Position numbers and translations under genes: made by a program. A DNA stretch of 32,000 nt from Candidatus Saccharimonadota bacterium (lineage in GTDB: Bacteria; Patescibacteriota; Patescibacteriia; 2-12-FULL-60-25), in the NCBI GenBank assembly GCA_023898425.1, contig CP060222.1, positions 270,001-302,000 on the forward strand, in the 5' to 3' direction. This document shows, piece after piece, positions 8,061-16,380 of this stretch. Under the pieces are notes generated by a model. That model had not been told where the DNA came from, made no database searches, and saw only the letters and a program-made list of their open reading frames with translations. Each line of letters opens with the position of its first letter. Position 1 is the first letter of the stretch.

Positions 8061-8519
8061 ATGACAAGACTTAAACTCGCTTGGCCACAATGGAAGACCG
8101 CGCTTTTTATGATCACAAGCCTTATTGGTTTGGGCATCTCTTCTTATTTGCTAGTGAAGTATCTCTCGGGTGCTTCGGTGGCATGCGGACTTGGATCCGG
8201 CTGCGATGTTGTGCGCTTATCCGAATATGCTTGGGTATGGGGTGTGATTCCGCGCCCACTTTTAGGAATGGTATTTTATATTGGGATGATTGTTTTAGCG
8301 ATGTTGCGCATTAGTTGGGATAAGCATGATCGTTTTTATCTCGATGAGATTATCTTGCTCGGTACCGTGGTTGGGGTTGTTGAATCTGGATGGCTTTTTT
8401 ATATTCAGGCTGAGGTGATTGGTGCTTTTTGTGTTTGGTGTTTGGGTTCGGGTATTGCTACGGTCGTGATGTTTTTATTAGCGCTTGTACCCTTTCCTTC
8501 ATTGACAAAACGCCCTTAA
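8061..8519 (+). CDS. vitamin K epoxide reductase (VKOR) family membrane protein
   Basis: Four TM helices. Loop cysteine pair CGLGSGC and active-site CVWC. The start is ambiguous: ATG at 8061, or the ATG at 8040 in the track, which overlaps the nuclease gene by 19 nt. Confidence 0.8.
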   Translation: MTRLKLAWPQWKTALFMITSLIGLGISSYLLVKYLSGASVACGLGSGCDVVRLSEYAWVWGVIPRPLLGMVFYIGMIVLAMLRISWDKHDRFYLDEIILLGTVVGVVESGWLFYIQAEVIGAFCVWCLGSGIATVVMFLLALVPFPSLTKRP

Positions 8520-8564
8520 AAGGCTACAGATGAACGAGCTCATTTCACCTAAAGGAGGTGGTTC

Positions 8565-9407
8565 GTGACTGATCATCAAACGAATACGCAGGTCGTGGTC
8601 GCCTTTTTTGATATTGACGGCACCCTATACCGAGATAATTTTTCCGCGGTGTTGATGGAATATCTACACATAAAAGAAAAGATAGATCCTGTTCATTATC
8701 AAGGTCTCGAAAACGCCTTCAGTATGTGGCGTGCCAGAAAAGGTACTTACGATGAAGTAAACAATGAACTTATCAAGTCTATCAACAATGGACTTGAGGG
8801 AGTGTTGTTATCTGATGTGATTACCGCAAGCAAGTATGTCGCCACACAAGGGCTGGAACGTCCATATAAGTTTACGCATGCGTTGCTTGAAGCTCTAAAA
8901 ATACTTCAACCACGACCGTTGCTGATTGCTATCAGTGGTTCGCCGCTTTGTGTTGTTGAACCATACGCTCAAGCCCTTGGTTTTGATGAAGTCTATGCAA
9001 CCGAATTTGAGGTTGATGATGGCCGTATCAGAGGCGGTTTTGAGCGAGCAGCCTCCCCGTACCATAGCAAGGGTCTGGTTTGCCAGGGTATTGCGTCAAA
9101 ACACGGTTTTGAACGCATAGGGGAGTGTATTCGAGGAGCGATTGCCGTAGGTGATGCAAGGGCCGATGAGCGTATGCTCTCCGTTGTTGAATTTCCGCTT
9201 GCATTTAATCCAAATGCTGAGCTTATGGCTTTGTGCCGTCGTCAAGGAATGCCGGCTATCATTGAGCGCAAAGATGTTATTCTTGCATTAATGACACATT
9301 GGCCAGACGAACTTGGCGCATTTGAAGAGGTGCCAATTGATGATATCTTGCCAAGAGATTTGGCAAACCTATTGCAACAGTCCCTTCCAGGGATCTTTGC
9401 ACATTAA
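8565..9407 (+). CDS. HAD-IB family hydrolase (phosphoserine-phosphatase-like)
   Basis: Motif I FFDIDGTLY, motif II AISGSP, motif IV GDARADERML. GTG start preceded by the strong Shine-Dalgarno sequence AAAGGAGGTG. Confidence 0.8.
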   Translation: MTDHQTNTQVVVAFFDIDGTLYRDNFSAVLMEYLHIKEKIDPVHYQGLENAFSMWRARKGTYDEVNNELIKSINNGLEGVLLSDVITASKYVATQGLERPYKFTHALLEALKILQPRPLLIAISGSPLCVVEPYAQALGFDEVYATEFEVDDGRIRGGFERAASPYHSKGLVCQGIASKHGFERIGECIRGAIAVGDARADERMLSVVEFPLAFNPNAELMALCRRQGMPAIIERKDVILALMTHWPDELGAFEEVPIDDILPRDLANLLQQSLPGIFAH

Positions 9408-9414
9408 ATAGTAG

Positions 9415-9449
9415 AGGCAAGCGCACTACGGTGTGACTTGCCTTTTTTC
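9415..9449 (+). terminator. rho-independent terminator
   Basis: AGGCAAG-CGCAC-TACG-GTGTG-(A)-CTTGCCT extended stem followed by TTTTTT. Confidence 0.75.
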
Positions 9450-9474
9450 TTACCTGTTTCTAAGGTCTCTATCT

Positions 9475-10980
9475 ATGCAATTACGTGTCCGCTCAGCAAC
9501 GTTAGAGAACATTACCTCGGATCTTCTTATTTTGCCCGTCTGGAAAGGGTTAAAACAGCAACCCGAATTACAAGAGCTGCAAAAACTCTGGGATGGACAT
9601 CTCAATGATTGGTTAGAGCATATTCGTTTTGAAGGTAATAAGCGCGAAATGGTCGTGGTTCCTTGTTTTGGTAAGCTTGCTACTCATCAAGTGCTTCTAG
9701 TCGGGCTTGGTGATCGTAAACTTATAACAAATGACGATCTGCGACTTATTGGTGGTGCGATCTATAAAAAAGCAAAAGAGCTCAATGCGAAGCAGGTTTC
9801 CTTGGTGAGTGAGCCTTTATTGCAGCGTTTTAGCGCCAAAGAAACGAGCGGTGATTTAATGGAGGGTTGGTATGGAGCAACCTATACGTTTCATGCTTAT
9901 CAAAAAGAGGCAAAACAAAAAGCTGCAGAAAAAGCTGTGCAAGAGCTACTATGGATTGCTCATGGCTCAACAAATATAAAGGCGATAGAAAAAGGTGCCT
10001 TAGAGGCAAAAGCGCTTTTTGATGGTGTGCATTTATCACGGGATCTTGTTAATACGATTGCGCATGAGATGACACCTCAAAAACTTGTAGAAGTAGCTCA
10101 AAAAATGGCTGATGCATCAGCTCGACTCTCGCTCACTATTCTTGATCAAAAAGAAATGGAGAAGAAGGGGATGGGGGCTGCTCTTGCCGTTGCTCGAGGT
10201 TCGGTACATAAGCCCGCTGTCGTTCATTTGGTTTATAAACCAAAAAAGAAAGCAAAAAAGCGAATCGCTATTGTTGGCAAGGCTGTTACCTTTGATACGG
10301 GAGGATTATCACTTAAACCTAGCGACGGCATGGTAACAATGAAAATGGATATGGCAGGTGCTGCTGCGGTTCTCGGGGTTTTTCAGATACTCCCTTCGCT
10401 TAATATTGATGTCGAAGTTCATGGTATTTTTATTGCTGTCGAAAATGCGATTTCAGCACAAGCTTATCGACCAGGGGATGTGGTAACAGCAATGGATGGA
10501 ACAACCATAGATATACAAAATACGGATGCAGAAGGTCGTGTTGTATTAGCAGACGCCCTTTTATATGCACGCGAGCAAGAACCGCAAGCCATTGTTGATC
10601 TCGCTACCTTAACGGGCGCTTGTATTGTCGCCTTAGGAGAGGAGATCGCTGGTGTTATGGGTACCGACGCACGACTTATCGAACGCTTGAAAAAAGCTTC
10701 AGTGCTATCGGGAGAAGATATTTGGGAGTTACCCTTGCCTGAAAAATATGCCGATCACGTAAAGTCTAAAATCGCGAATATAAAAAATGTTGGAGCAAAG
10801 GGTCAAGCTGGTGCAATCGCCGGTGGACTTTTCTTAAAGCGTTTTGTTGGAAAGACGCCGTGGGCGCATCTTGATATTGCAGGGCCTGCATGGACGGATC
10901 GTGAGTCACGTCCTGATCAGACGTATGGCGCAACAGGCTTTGGTGTGCGTTTAATCACGAGATATCTACAGGGTTTATAA
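9475..10980 (+). CDS. pepA: leucyl aminopeptidase (M17 family)
   Basis: M17 catalytic-domain motifs VGKAVTFDTGGLSLKP and NTDAEGRVVLADAL. The ATG at 9475 (MQLRVRS...) is preferred over the GTG at 9433 in the track, which lies inside the upstream terminator. Confidence 0.9.
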   Translation: MQLRVRSATLENITSDLLILPVWKGLKQQPELQELQKLWDGHLNDWLEHIRFEGNKREMVVVPCFGKLATHQVLLVGLGDRKLITNDDLRLIGGAIYKKAKELNAKQVSLVSEPLLQRFSAKETSGDLMEGWYGATYTFHAYQKEAKQKAAEKAVQELLWIAHGSTNIKAIEKGALEAKALFDGVHLSRDLVNTIAHEMTPQKLVEVAQKMADASARLSLTILDQKEMEKKGMGAALAVARGSVHKPAVVHLVYKPKKKAKKRIAIVGKAVTFDTGGLSLKPSDGMVTMKMDMAGAAAVLGVFQILPSLNIDVEVHGIFIAVENAISAQAYRPGDVVTAMDGTTIDIQNTDAEGRVVLADALLYAREQEPQAIVDLATLTGACIVALGEEIAGVMGTDARLIERLKKASVLSGEDIWELPLPEKYADHVKSKIANIKNVGAKGQAGAIAGGLFLKRFVGKTPWAHLDIAGPAWTDRESRPDQTYGATGFGVRLITRYLQGL

Positions 10981-10997
10981 GTGAGAGATAATAAGTG

Positions 10998-11006
10998 TGC
11001 TATAAT
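10998..11006 (+). promoter_or_regulatory. extended -10 promoter element TGcTATAAT
   Basis: TG at 10998-10999, TATAAT at 11001-11006, 26 nt upstream of the glutaredoxin-like gene. Confidence 0.45.
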
Positions 11007-11032
11007 GATAGTATTAGAATAATTGCACATTT

Positions 11033-11281
11033 ATGGTTACTATCTACTCCACTCCAACTTGCCCTTACTGCAAACTCGCAAAAGATCACCTCAAAGATAA
11101 AGGTGTCGAGTTTGAAAACGTCGATGTATCAGCAGATTCTGCTAAAGCACAAGAGATGGTTAAACTCTCAGGTCAAATGGGTGTTCCGGTTATCGTGATT
11201 AACGGTCAAGTGATCGTTGGCTGGAATAAAACCGCTATTGACGAAGCATTAGCAACCGAGCCGCTAGCAAAGGCAGCGTAA
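11033..11281 (+). CDS. glutaredoxin-like protein (NrdH/YruB-type, CPYC active site)
   Basis: 82 aa. MVTIYSTPTCPYCKLAKDHLKDKGVEFENVDV...GVPVIVING is the thioredoxin-fold glutaredoxin pattern. Confidence 0.85.
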   Translation: MVTIYSTPTCPYCKLAKDHLKDKGVEFENVDVSADSAKAQEMVKLSGQMGVPVIVINGQVIVGWNKTAIDEALATEPLAKAA

Positions 11282-11290
11282 AACAAAGAC

Positions 11291-11318
11291 AAAAGGAGAC
11301 GAGTTCGTCTCCTTTTTT
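11291..11318. terminator. bidirectional terminator between convergent genes
   Basis: AAAA-GGAGACG-AGTT-CGTCTCC-TTTTTT. Confidence 0.8.
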
Positions 11319-11329
11319 GTTTGCTGAAT

Positions 11330-11794
11330 TTAGTTCATGGCGAGCACCTGTTTAATGCCTGAGTATATGGCGGCTTGTCGCTCATCAGAAAGCAGTAGTT
11401 TTTGCGCGTCTGTTTCGAAAGTAGCTAGTTGTTTTGACATGCGCAATTGCTTGCTTGCTAGCATGTCATAGATCAGGCCACCTGGCGAACAGCTAATAGG
11501 TATAAGTAAAAGTGATGAAATCGGTTTTTCTTGATCGTATAGGATATCCTGTATCAGGATAGTGCCTGCAACGACATCAATATCATACTCACAATAAAGA
11601 ACGTACAGAGAAGCAATATACTCAAAAAGTGCTATTTTGACTGATTCGCAACGCAGGTGTTCTTCAGCGGGCGATTCGCTTTTAACGAGAGATTGTGTTT
11701 TTTCTAGTTGCAATAGCCTTGTATAGCTAGCTTCTAGTTTCTTCGCTTCTCGTAAGCAAAGTACAGTATTTAGTAGCGATTGTTTGGCATGCAT
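11330..11794 (-). CDS. hypothetical protein (154 aa)
   Basis: ORF track (11330..11824). The ATG at 11794 (MHAKQS...) is preferred because it is preceded by AAGGAGG plus a 6-nt spacer. No recognisable domain. Confidence 0.6.
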   Translation of the reverse strand: MHAKQSLLNTVLCLREAKKLEASYTRLLQLEKTQSLVKSESPAEEHLRCESVKIALFEYIASLYVLYCEYDIDVVAGTILIQDILYDQEKPISSLLLIPISCSPGGLIYDMLASKQLRMSKQLATFETDAQKLLLSDERQAAIYSGIKQVLAMN

Positions 11795-11883
11795 CCCAGG
11801 CCTCCTTGGTATACGAATTAGCATTAAAATATCATTTTGTCAATGTTTGACAGGTGTATGCAAATGCACGATCATTTTGTGCG

Positions 11884-12840
11884 ATGAATATGAAAAACGG
11901 TTCAAAAATTGCGTCGCTTGGCGCTATTGCGTGCTCTTTAGCACTGCTCGGTCTTGGTTGTGATAAAGCGCCTAGTTTTTTGCAACAAAAGCAAGATAAG
12001 CCAACACTGACTGAAACAGTAGAGGCAGCAAAAGCCGTTGAGTTTATCCCTGGTGATAGTTTTACGATCCGCCAAACATTTATGGGTGTAGGAGGATTTC
12101 TTGGTAATCTCGCGTCATTTAAAGACGGAGAAAGAGAAGTGACGATTACACGTTTTGCTCCTGGTCATGCAGCAAATCTCGATTGGAGCTTAAAAGCCGT
12201 TCGTGAGAAAGCAGACTCAATCAAGGCTCGTAATGAGTACGAGGCAGCGATGAAAGACGGTAAGGCAACAGGTTTGCCGCCTAGACCAGAATTTGAAGAC
12301 ATTGTCACAACGGGTACGGTAAAGAATATTTCACTGGATGCATCACATGGCGCCTTCTTTCCAAATTATTGGTCAACGGAACCATTAGATTTAGTAGGAG
12401 AAAAATCAGGTCTTTGGTTATCTAACGATGCTTTTCAAGAGCTTTCACGAACGCGCCATACCGTCTTAAACTTTGGTGTATTTGATGAGTCAGCGCAAAA
12501 AGCAGCGCAAGGCATTGATGATGTAAAAGATGCATACAAGGCACTACGACAGCAAGCTGATAGCGAGGGTGCTAAACGAGATCTTACGTTGCTCGAAGCA
12601 GAAGAAACAACCTCAGACTATACGATCCGTGTAAATGGTGAAGAAAAAGTCGTCTCTGTTATTAAGGCAAAAAACTGGTTTGGTGAAATCATTGTTTTAA
12701 ACAATGCACAAAATCCTTTGATCTTAAAAGCAAGTCTTAGTCCGCTTAAGAGTGGTGTTGCAGATATTGCTTCTGGTACGGACGCGTTCTTGGATAAATT
12801 CTTTGGTTACGAGATCACTGACATCACGATTAAGCGCTAG
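11884..12840 (+). CDS. hypothetical lipoprotein (318 aa)
   Basis: From the ATG at 11884 the N-terminus is MNMKNGSKIASLGAIACSLALLGLG-C, a signal peptide plus lipobox. The GTG at 11854 in the track would add 10 non-signal residues. Confidence 0.65.
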   Translation: MNMKNGSKIASLGAIACSLALLGLGCDKAPSFLQQKQDKPTLTETVEAAKAVEFIPGDSFTIRQTFMGVGGFLGNLASFKDGEREVTITRFAPGHAANLDWSLKAVREKADSIKARNEYEAAMKDGKATGLPPRPEFEDIVTTGTVKNISLDASHGAFFPNYWSTEPLDLVGEKSGLWLSNDAFQELSRTRHTVLNFGVFDESAQKAAQGIDDVKDAYKALRQQADSEGAKRDLTLLEAEETTSDYTIRVNGEEKVVSVIKAKNWFGEIIVLNNAQNPLILKASLSPLKSGVADIASGTDAFLDKFFGYEITDITIKR

Positions 12841-12858
12841 TAGTAAGTAGTGGTAACT

Positions 12859-12889
12859 AATACCTCCTGATATTTGATCAGGAGGTATT
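12859..12889. terminator. perfect 13-bp hairpin between convergent genes
   Basis: AATACCTCCTGAT-ATTTG-ATCAGGAGGTATT. The flanking T-tracts are weak. Confidence 0.65.
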
Positions 12890-12893
12890 TACT

Positions 12894-13892
12894 TTAGGCC
12901 TTTATAAACGAACAGAGATTTGGATTGAGCACATGAAAATATACTTGATCGCGCAATGTTCTTAGCTCGATAATTCGTTGTTGTGCATCATGCAATTCTG
13001 TAAAGTCATACGTATGATCGCTGTCCGGTCCGTTTACGGATGTAGGAATATCAATATGAAATATACTATGCGGCCATTCTAGGGGGTACTGTTTAAAATG
13101 GTCTCGGTAAGTACGCGCTTCGCGTTTAAAGGCTGACTCAGTATCACGGTAGAGTGCATTAAAATGAAGCCAGGCTTCGCGGAGTTTTTCTTCTAAGAAT
13201 TCGGCAGCGTTTTCTGCCAAGGGTCCACATTGTGGGGTTTTTGATGAAAGCAAGGCAACCAGTGACTCAACCTGTTCAAGATCTGGGTTCATGATGGCGG
13301 TAAACTCAAGCTGGGTATCTGCGGGCTGTTTTTCTAATGTGTTGTGCCATTTTTTTGCTAGTTCTAGACATTCTCTTTCACTGGCACGTCCATGAGAGCT
13401 CCAGCTACCAGAGCGAATCAGGGCACGTAGCTCGCTTATCGCTGACGGATCTTGTTTTTGTTTTGCGCGTTCTAGATCATCAAGAAGCGTAGGTTCCCAT
13501 GCCCAAATATTATGATTAAAGATCTCTAATGGTCTGCCAGCTGTTTGTTCTTTTGCTGAGGGATATATATTTTTTGGTAAGGATAGCGTGATGCTTTCTT
13601 GCAAAGGTGCTTGACCCACGCGTTGACGCAGAGATTGAGCGTGTTTACGGATTTCTTCAGCGGTTCTTATTTTGCCGTCTTCAACGTAAGTACCAACAGT
13701 AAAAGCCTCATTTCCCGTAGGTTCAAGATAAGCAATAAGATGTTCGACTCCCGGGATATGCTCAATATTTTTTACGGTATCAATACGAAACGCGCCGCTT
13801 CTTTCTTCGGCTCGTTTTGTATATGCGTTGCTACTGCCCAAAGGTGCGCGTTCTCCCATACGATGAATTACATTTGAAATTTCGTCGGCCAT
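12894..13892 (-). CDS. hypothetical protein (332 aa), co-oriented with and overlapping the 3' end of era
   Basis: ORF track. No domain I recognise. The start at 13892 overlaps era by 25 nt. An alternative ATG at 13859 lies 8 nt after the era stop. Confidence 0.6.
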   Translation of the reverse strand: MADEISNVIHRMGERAPLGSSNAYTKRAEERSGAFRIDTVKNIEHIPGVEHLIAYLEPTGNEAFTVGTYVEDGKIRTAEEIRKHAQSLRQRVGQAPLQESITLSLPKNIYPSAKEQTAGRPLEIFNHNIWAWEPTLLDDLERAKQKQDPSAISELRALIRSGSWSSHGRASERECLELAKKWHNTLEKQPADTQLEFTAIMNPDLEQVESLVALLSSKTPQCGPLAENAAEFLEEKLREAWLHFNALYRDTESAFKREARTYRDHFKQYPLEWPHSIFHIDIPTSVNGPDSDHTYDFTELHDAQQRIIELRTLRDQVYFHVLNPNLCSFIKA

Positions 13893-14725
13893 TTTTCATC
13901 AACGTCTACATGGAGCGCGAGATGGACTTTTTCGTTGGTGGCACCTTCGAGTTCTTTGCGTGCATCAATGCCGATTTGCTTAATCATTTTTGCGCCACTA
14001 CCGATAATCATTTTTTTGTAGCGCTCTTCTGTTGTCCAAATCGTTGCTTCAATCACTTTTTGACCACGTTCGTTGGTATCAATGTCAGTAACTTCTACGT
14101 GTACAGAGTAGGGGAGTTCTTTTTCTAGCCGGAGGAACGTTTTTTCTCGAATGAGTTCTTGGAGCCAATCTTTGTGGCTCATATCCGTCATTTGCATTTC
14201 TGGATAGTAGGGGACGCCTTCTGGCAAAAGATCAAAGATAAGATCAATAAGGGTATTGAGGTCTTTATGTTTTAGCGCAGATAGTTCTACGGTTGCTTCT
14301 TGGCCAACATCAATGGTCCGCATTTGATCGTAAAAAGGTCGATCTTCTGGAGCAAGATCGGATTTGTTTACGATCAAGATAACGGGCACAGCGGCTTTGC
14401 GTACGAGTCGTTGGATGTTTTCTTCTTCTTCGCCAGGTTCGCGAGTTGGATCAACGACATAAAGGAGCACGTCGATGCCTTCGAGGTGTTCTTGTACGGA
14501 CGCGTTAAGCTTTTTTGAAAGCGTGTCTTTTTTACCAAGAAAAATACCTGGGGTATCAACAAACACGATTTGACCACGTTGATCGTGTAAAACGCCGCGC
14601 ACAGGACGACGTGTCGTTTGTGGTTTAGGCGTCACAATAGCGACCTTGCTATGTATAAGCGCGTTTAAAAGGGAGGACTTACCCACATTGGAGCGTCCGG
14701 CGAGTACCACAAATCCTGATTTCAT
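13868..14725 (-). CDS. era: GTPase Era
   Basis: G1 GRSNVGKSSL, G3 DTPG, G4 NKSD, plus a C-terminal KH domain (VHVEVTDI...IIGSGAKMIKQIG). Confidence 0.92.
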   Translation of the reverse strand: MKSGFVVLAGRSNVGKSSLLNALIHSKVAIVTPKPQTTRRPVRGVLHDQRGQIVFVDTPGIFLGKKDTLSKKLNASVQEHLEGIDVLLYVVDPTREPGEEEENIQRLVRKAAVPVILIVNKSDLAPEDRPFYDQMRTIDVGQEATVELSALKHKDLNTLIDLIFDLLPEGVPYYPEMQMTDMSHKDWLQELIREKTFLRLEKELPYSVHVEVTDIDTNERGQKVIEATIWTTEERYKKMIIGSGAKMIKQIGIDARKELEGATNEKVHLALHVDVDEKWPTKFQM

Positions 14726-14734
14726 AGATGTATT

Positions 14735-16079
14735 TTACTTCTTTTTTAGCTTTACGACCAGTTCAACGTGAGGAGTATGCGGAAACAAATCAAAGGCAAC
14801 GATCTTTTCGATCTCGTAGACTTCTTTGAACTTGGTAAGTTCTCCCATGAGTCGATGATAATTGCAAGAAACGTAAACAATATGTTGGGGCTTTTGCTCA
14901 AGAACCATGTTTAATGCACGAGGATGCAGTCCCGCTCGAGGAGGATCAAGAATGACACATTCTGGCTGCTCATGACTCCAGTCAAAGTCTTCTACGGGAC
15001 CTGCTCCAAAATCCGTGAGTTCACTTACGTTATTTAGGATGGCATTTTCTTTTGCAAGCTCAATAGCTGCTGCATCGATCTCGTGTCCGTAGGCAGAGAT
15101 GCTTTTTTTTGCGAGAGCAATCGCAAAGAAGCCAAGTCCACAATAGAGATCGAGGACACGTTTTGGTTTTACCTGGTCTATGTGATGGATAACGGCATTC
15201 TGAAGTACTCCAGCCATCGCCGTATTTGTTTGAAAAAACGAATTTGGATGGATCTTATATCGAAGATCGTTAATCGCTTCAAAGTGAAAGGGTTGGCCAT
15301 GCAGCGCCTCTATCGTCGCAACATAAGAAAGATCGGTGACGAGTGGATTTTCGCCAAGCAATACAGATGTCGCAAGTGGAGCGAGCGCATCTTTAATCTT
15401 TTTCTCTTTGTTCTGCAGAGATCGTGGTGAGATCTTTGACGACAAGCATGACTAAACGTTCGTTAGTGTTTTTTCCAAGACGAATTACAACATAGCGCAT
15501 GTCGCCCGTTTCATGCTTTGCATCCCAAGGTTTGAGATGGAGTTCTTTCATTAAGTTACGTACTGCTTGGAGAATTTTTGGTGACTCTTTGTCTAGCAAT
15601 AAGCACTCATTGATATCGATGTAGCGATTCCACGAACCGTATTCTTTAAGACCAATTTCGTTTTTCCAGCCAATCGCATAATCCATGCGATTACGAAAAT
15701 ACAACGTGTCTTGTGAAGGGGTGATGGTATTAACGCGTTCAGTATGGCCTGCTTTTTCAAGTGCTTTGTTTACCATGCTGTGCTTTAAACGTAATTGAGC
15801 ATCGTACGAAAGTTGTTGCCAGAGGCATCCGCCACAGGTACCAGCATGAGCGCAAGGAGCCTCAACTCGATCGGCTGAAGGTTTTGTAATGGTCTCGATT
15901 TTTCCGATCCAGTTACCTTTGTCACGTTTAATAAACGCAGCATCAACTTCATCTGCAGGAAATGCAAAAGGAATCACAACGGATTTGTCCGGTGTGCCAG
16001 GTCGTTTTACGGTATAGCGTCCACGTCCTTTATCGTCGACATCTTCGATAGTGCCTTGCAGGCGGTCGCCGAATTTCAT
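14735..16079 (-). pseudogene. TRAM / 4Fe-4S / SAM-dependent RNA (uracil-5) methyltransferase (RlmD/RumA-TrmA family), split by a +1 frameshift
   Basis: ORF 15393..16079 encodes the TRAM domain and Cys cluster (CAHAGTCGGCLWQQ). ORF 14735..15445 encodes the methyltransferase half (FFQTN, LDLYCGLGFF, ILDPPRAG, VYVSCN). The two frames overlap at 15393-15445. Together they make about 447 aa, a normal family length. Confidence 0.8.
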
Positions 16080-16117
16080 GCCTACATTTGGCCATGTATT
16101 AGCAATAAAAGCAAGCC

Positions 16118-16318
16118 TTAACCTTTGGTTAGATCGTCTAGCTGACCTCTTAGCTCGGCGAGATGTTTCTCTTCGATAAGTCCATCAGACTTTTGCAAAA
16201 GTTCGTGGCACTTTTTTCTCGTTTCATCGAGTGTAGATTTGATGCTCATAAGCTCGGCGATCTTTGTTTTTAAGTCTAGCAATAACTCGTCTTGTTGTGC
16301 GCTGCTGCTTAAATCCAT
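16118..16318 (-). CDS. hypothetical small coiled-coil protein (66 aa)
   Basis: ORF track. Heptad-like charged/Leu pattern. Followed on the minus strand by the extended -10 element TGcTAATAC (16104-16096), which would serve the methyltransferase gene. Confidence 0.45.
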   Translation of the reverse strand: MDLSSSAQQDELLLDLKTKIAELMSIKSTLDETRKKCHELLQKSDGLIEEKHLAELRGQLDDLTKG

Positions 16319-16380
16319 ATTATTGTATGATTATTGTGGCTAGGTTATACTTTTTATGATTATATAATACACTAACAAAA

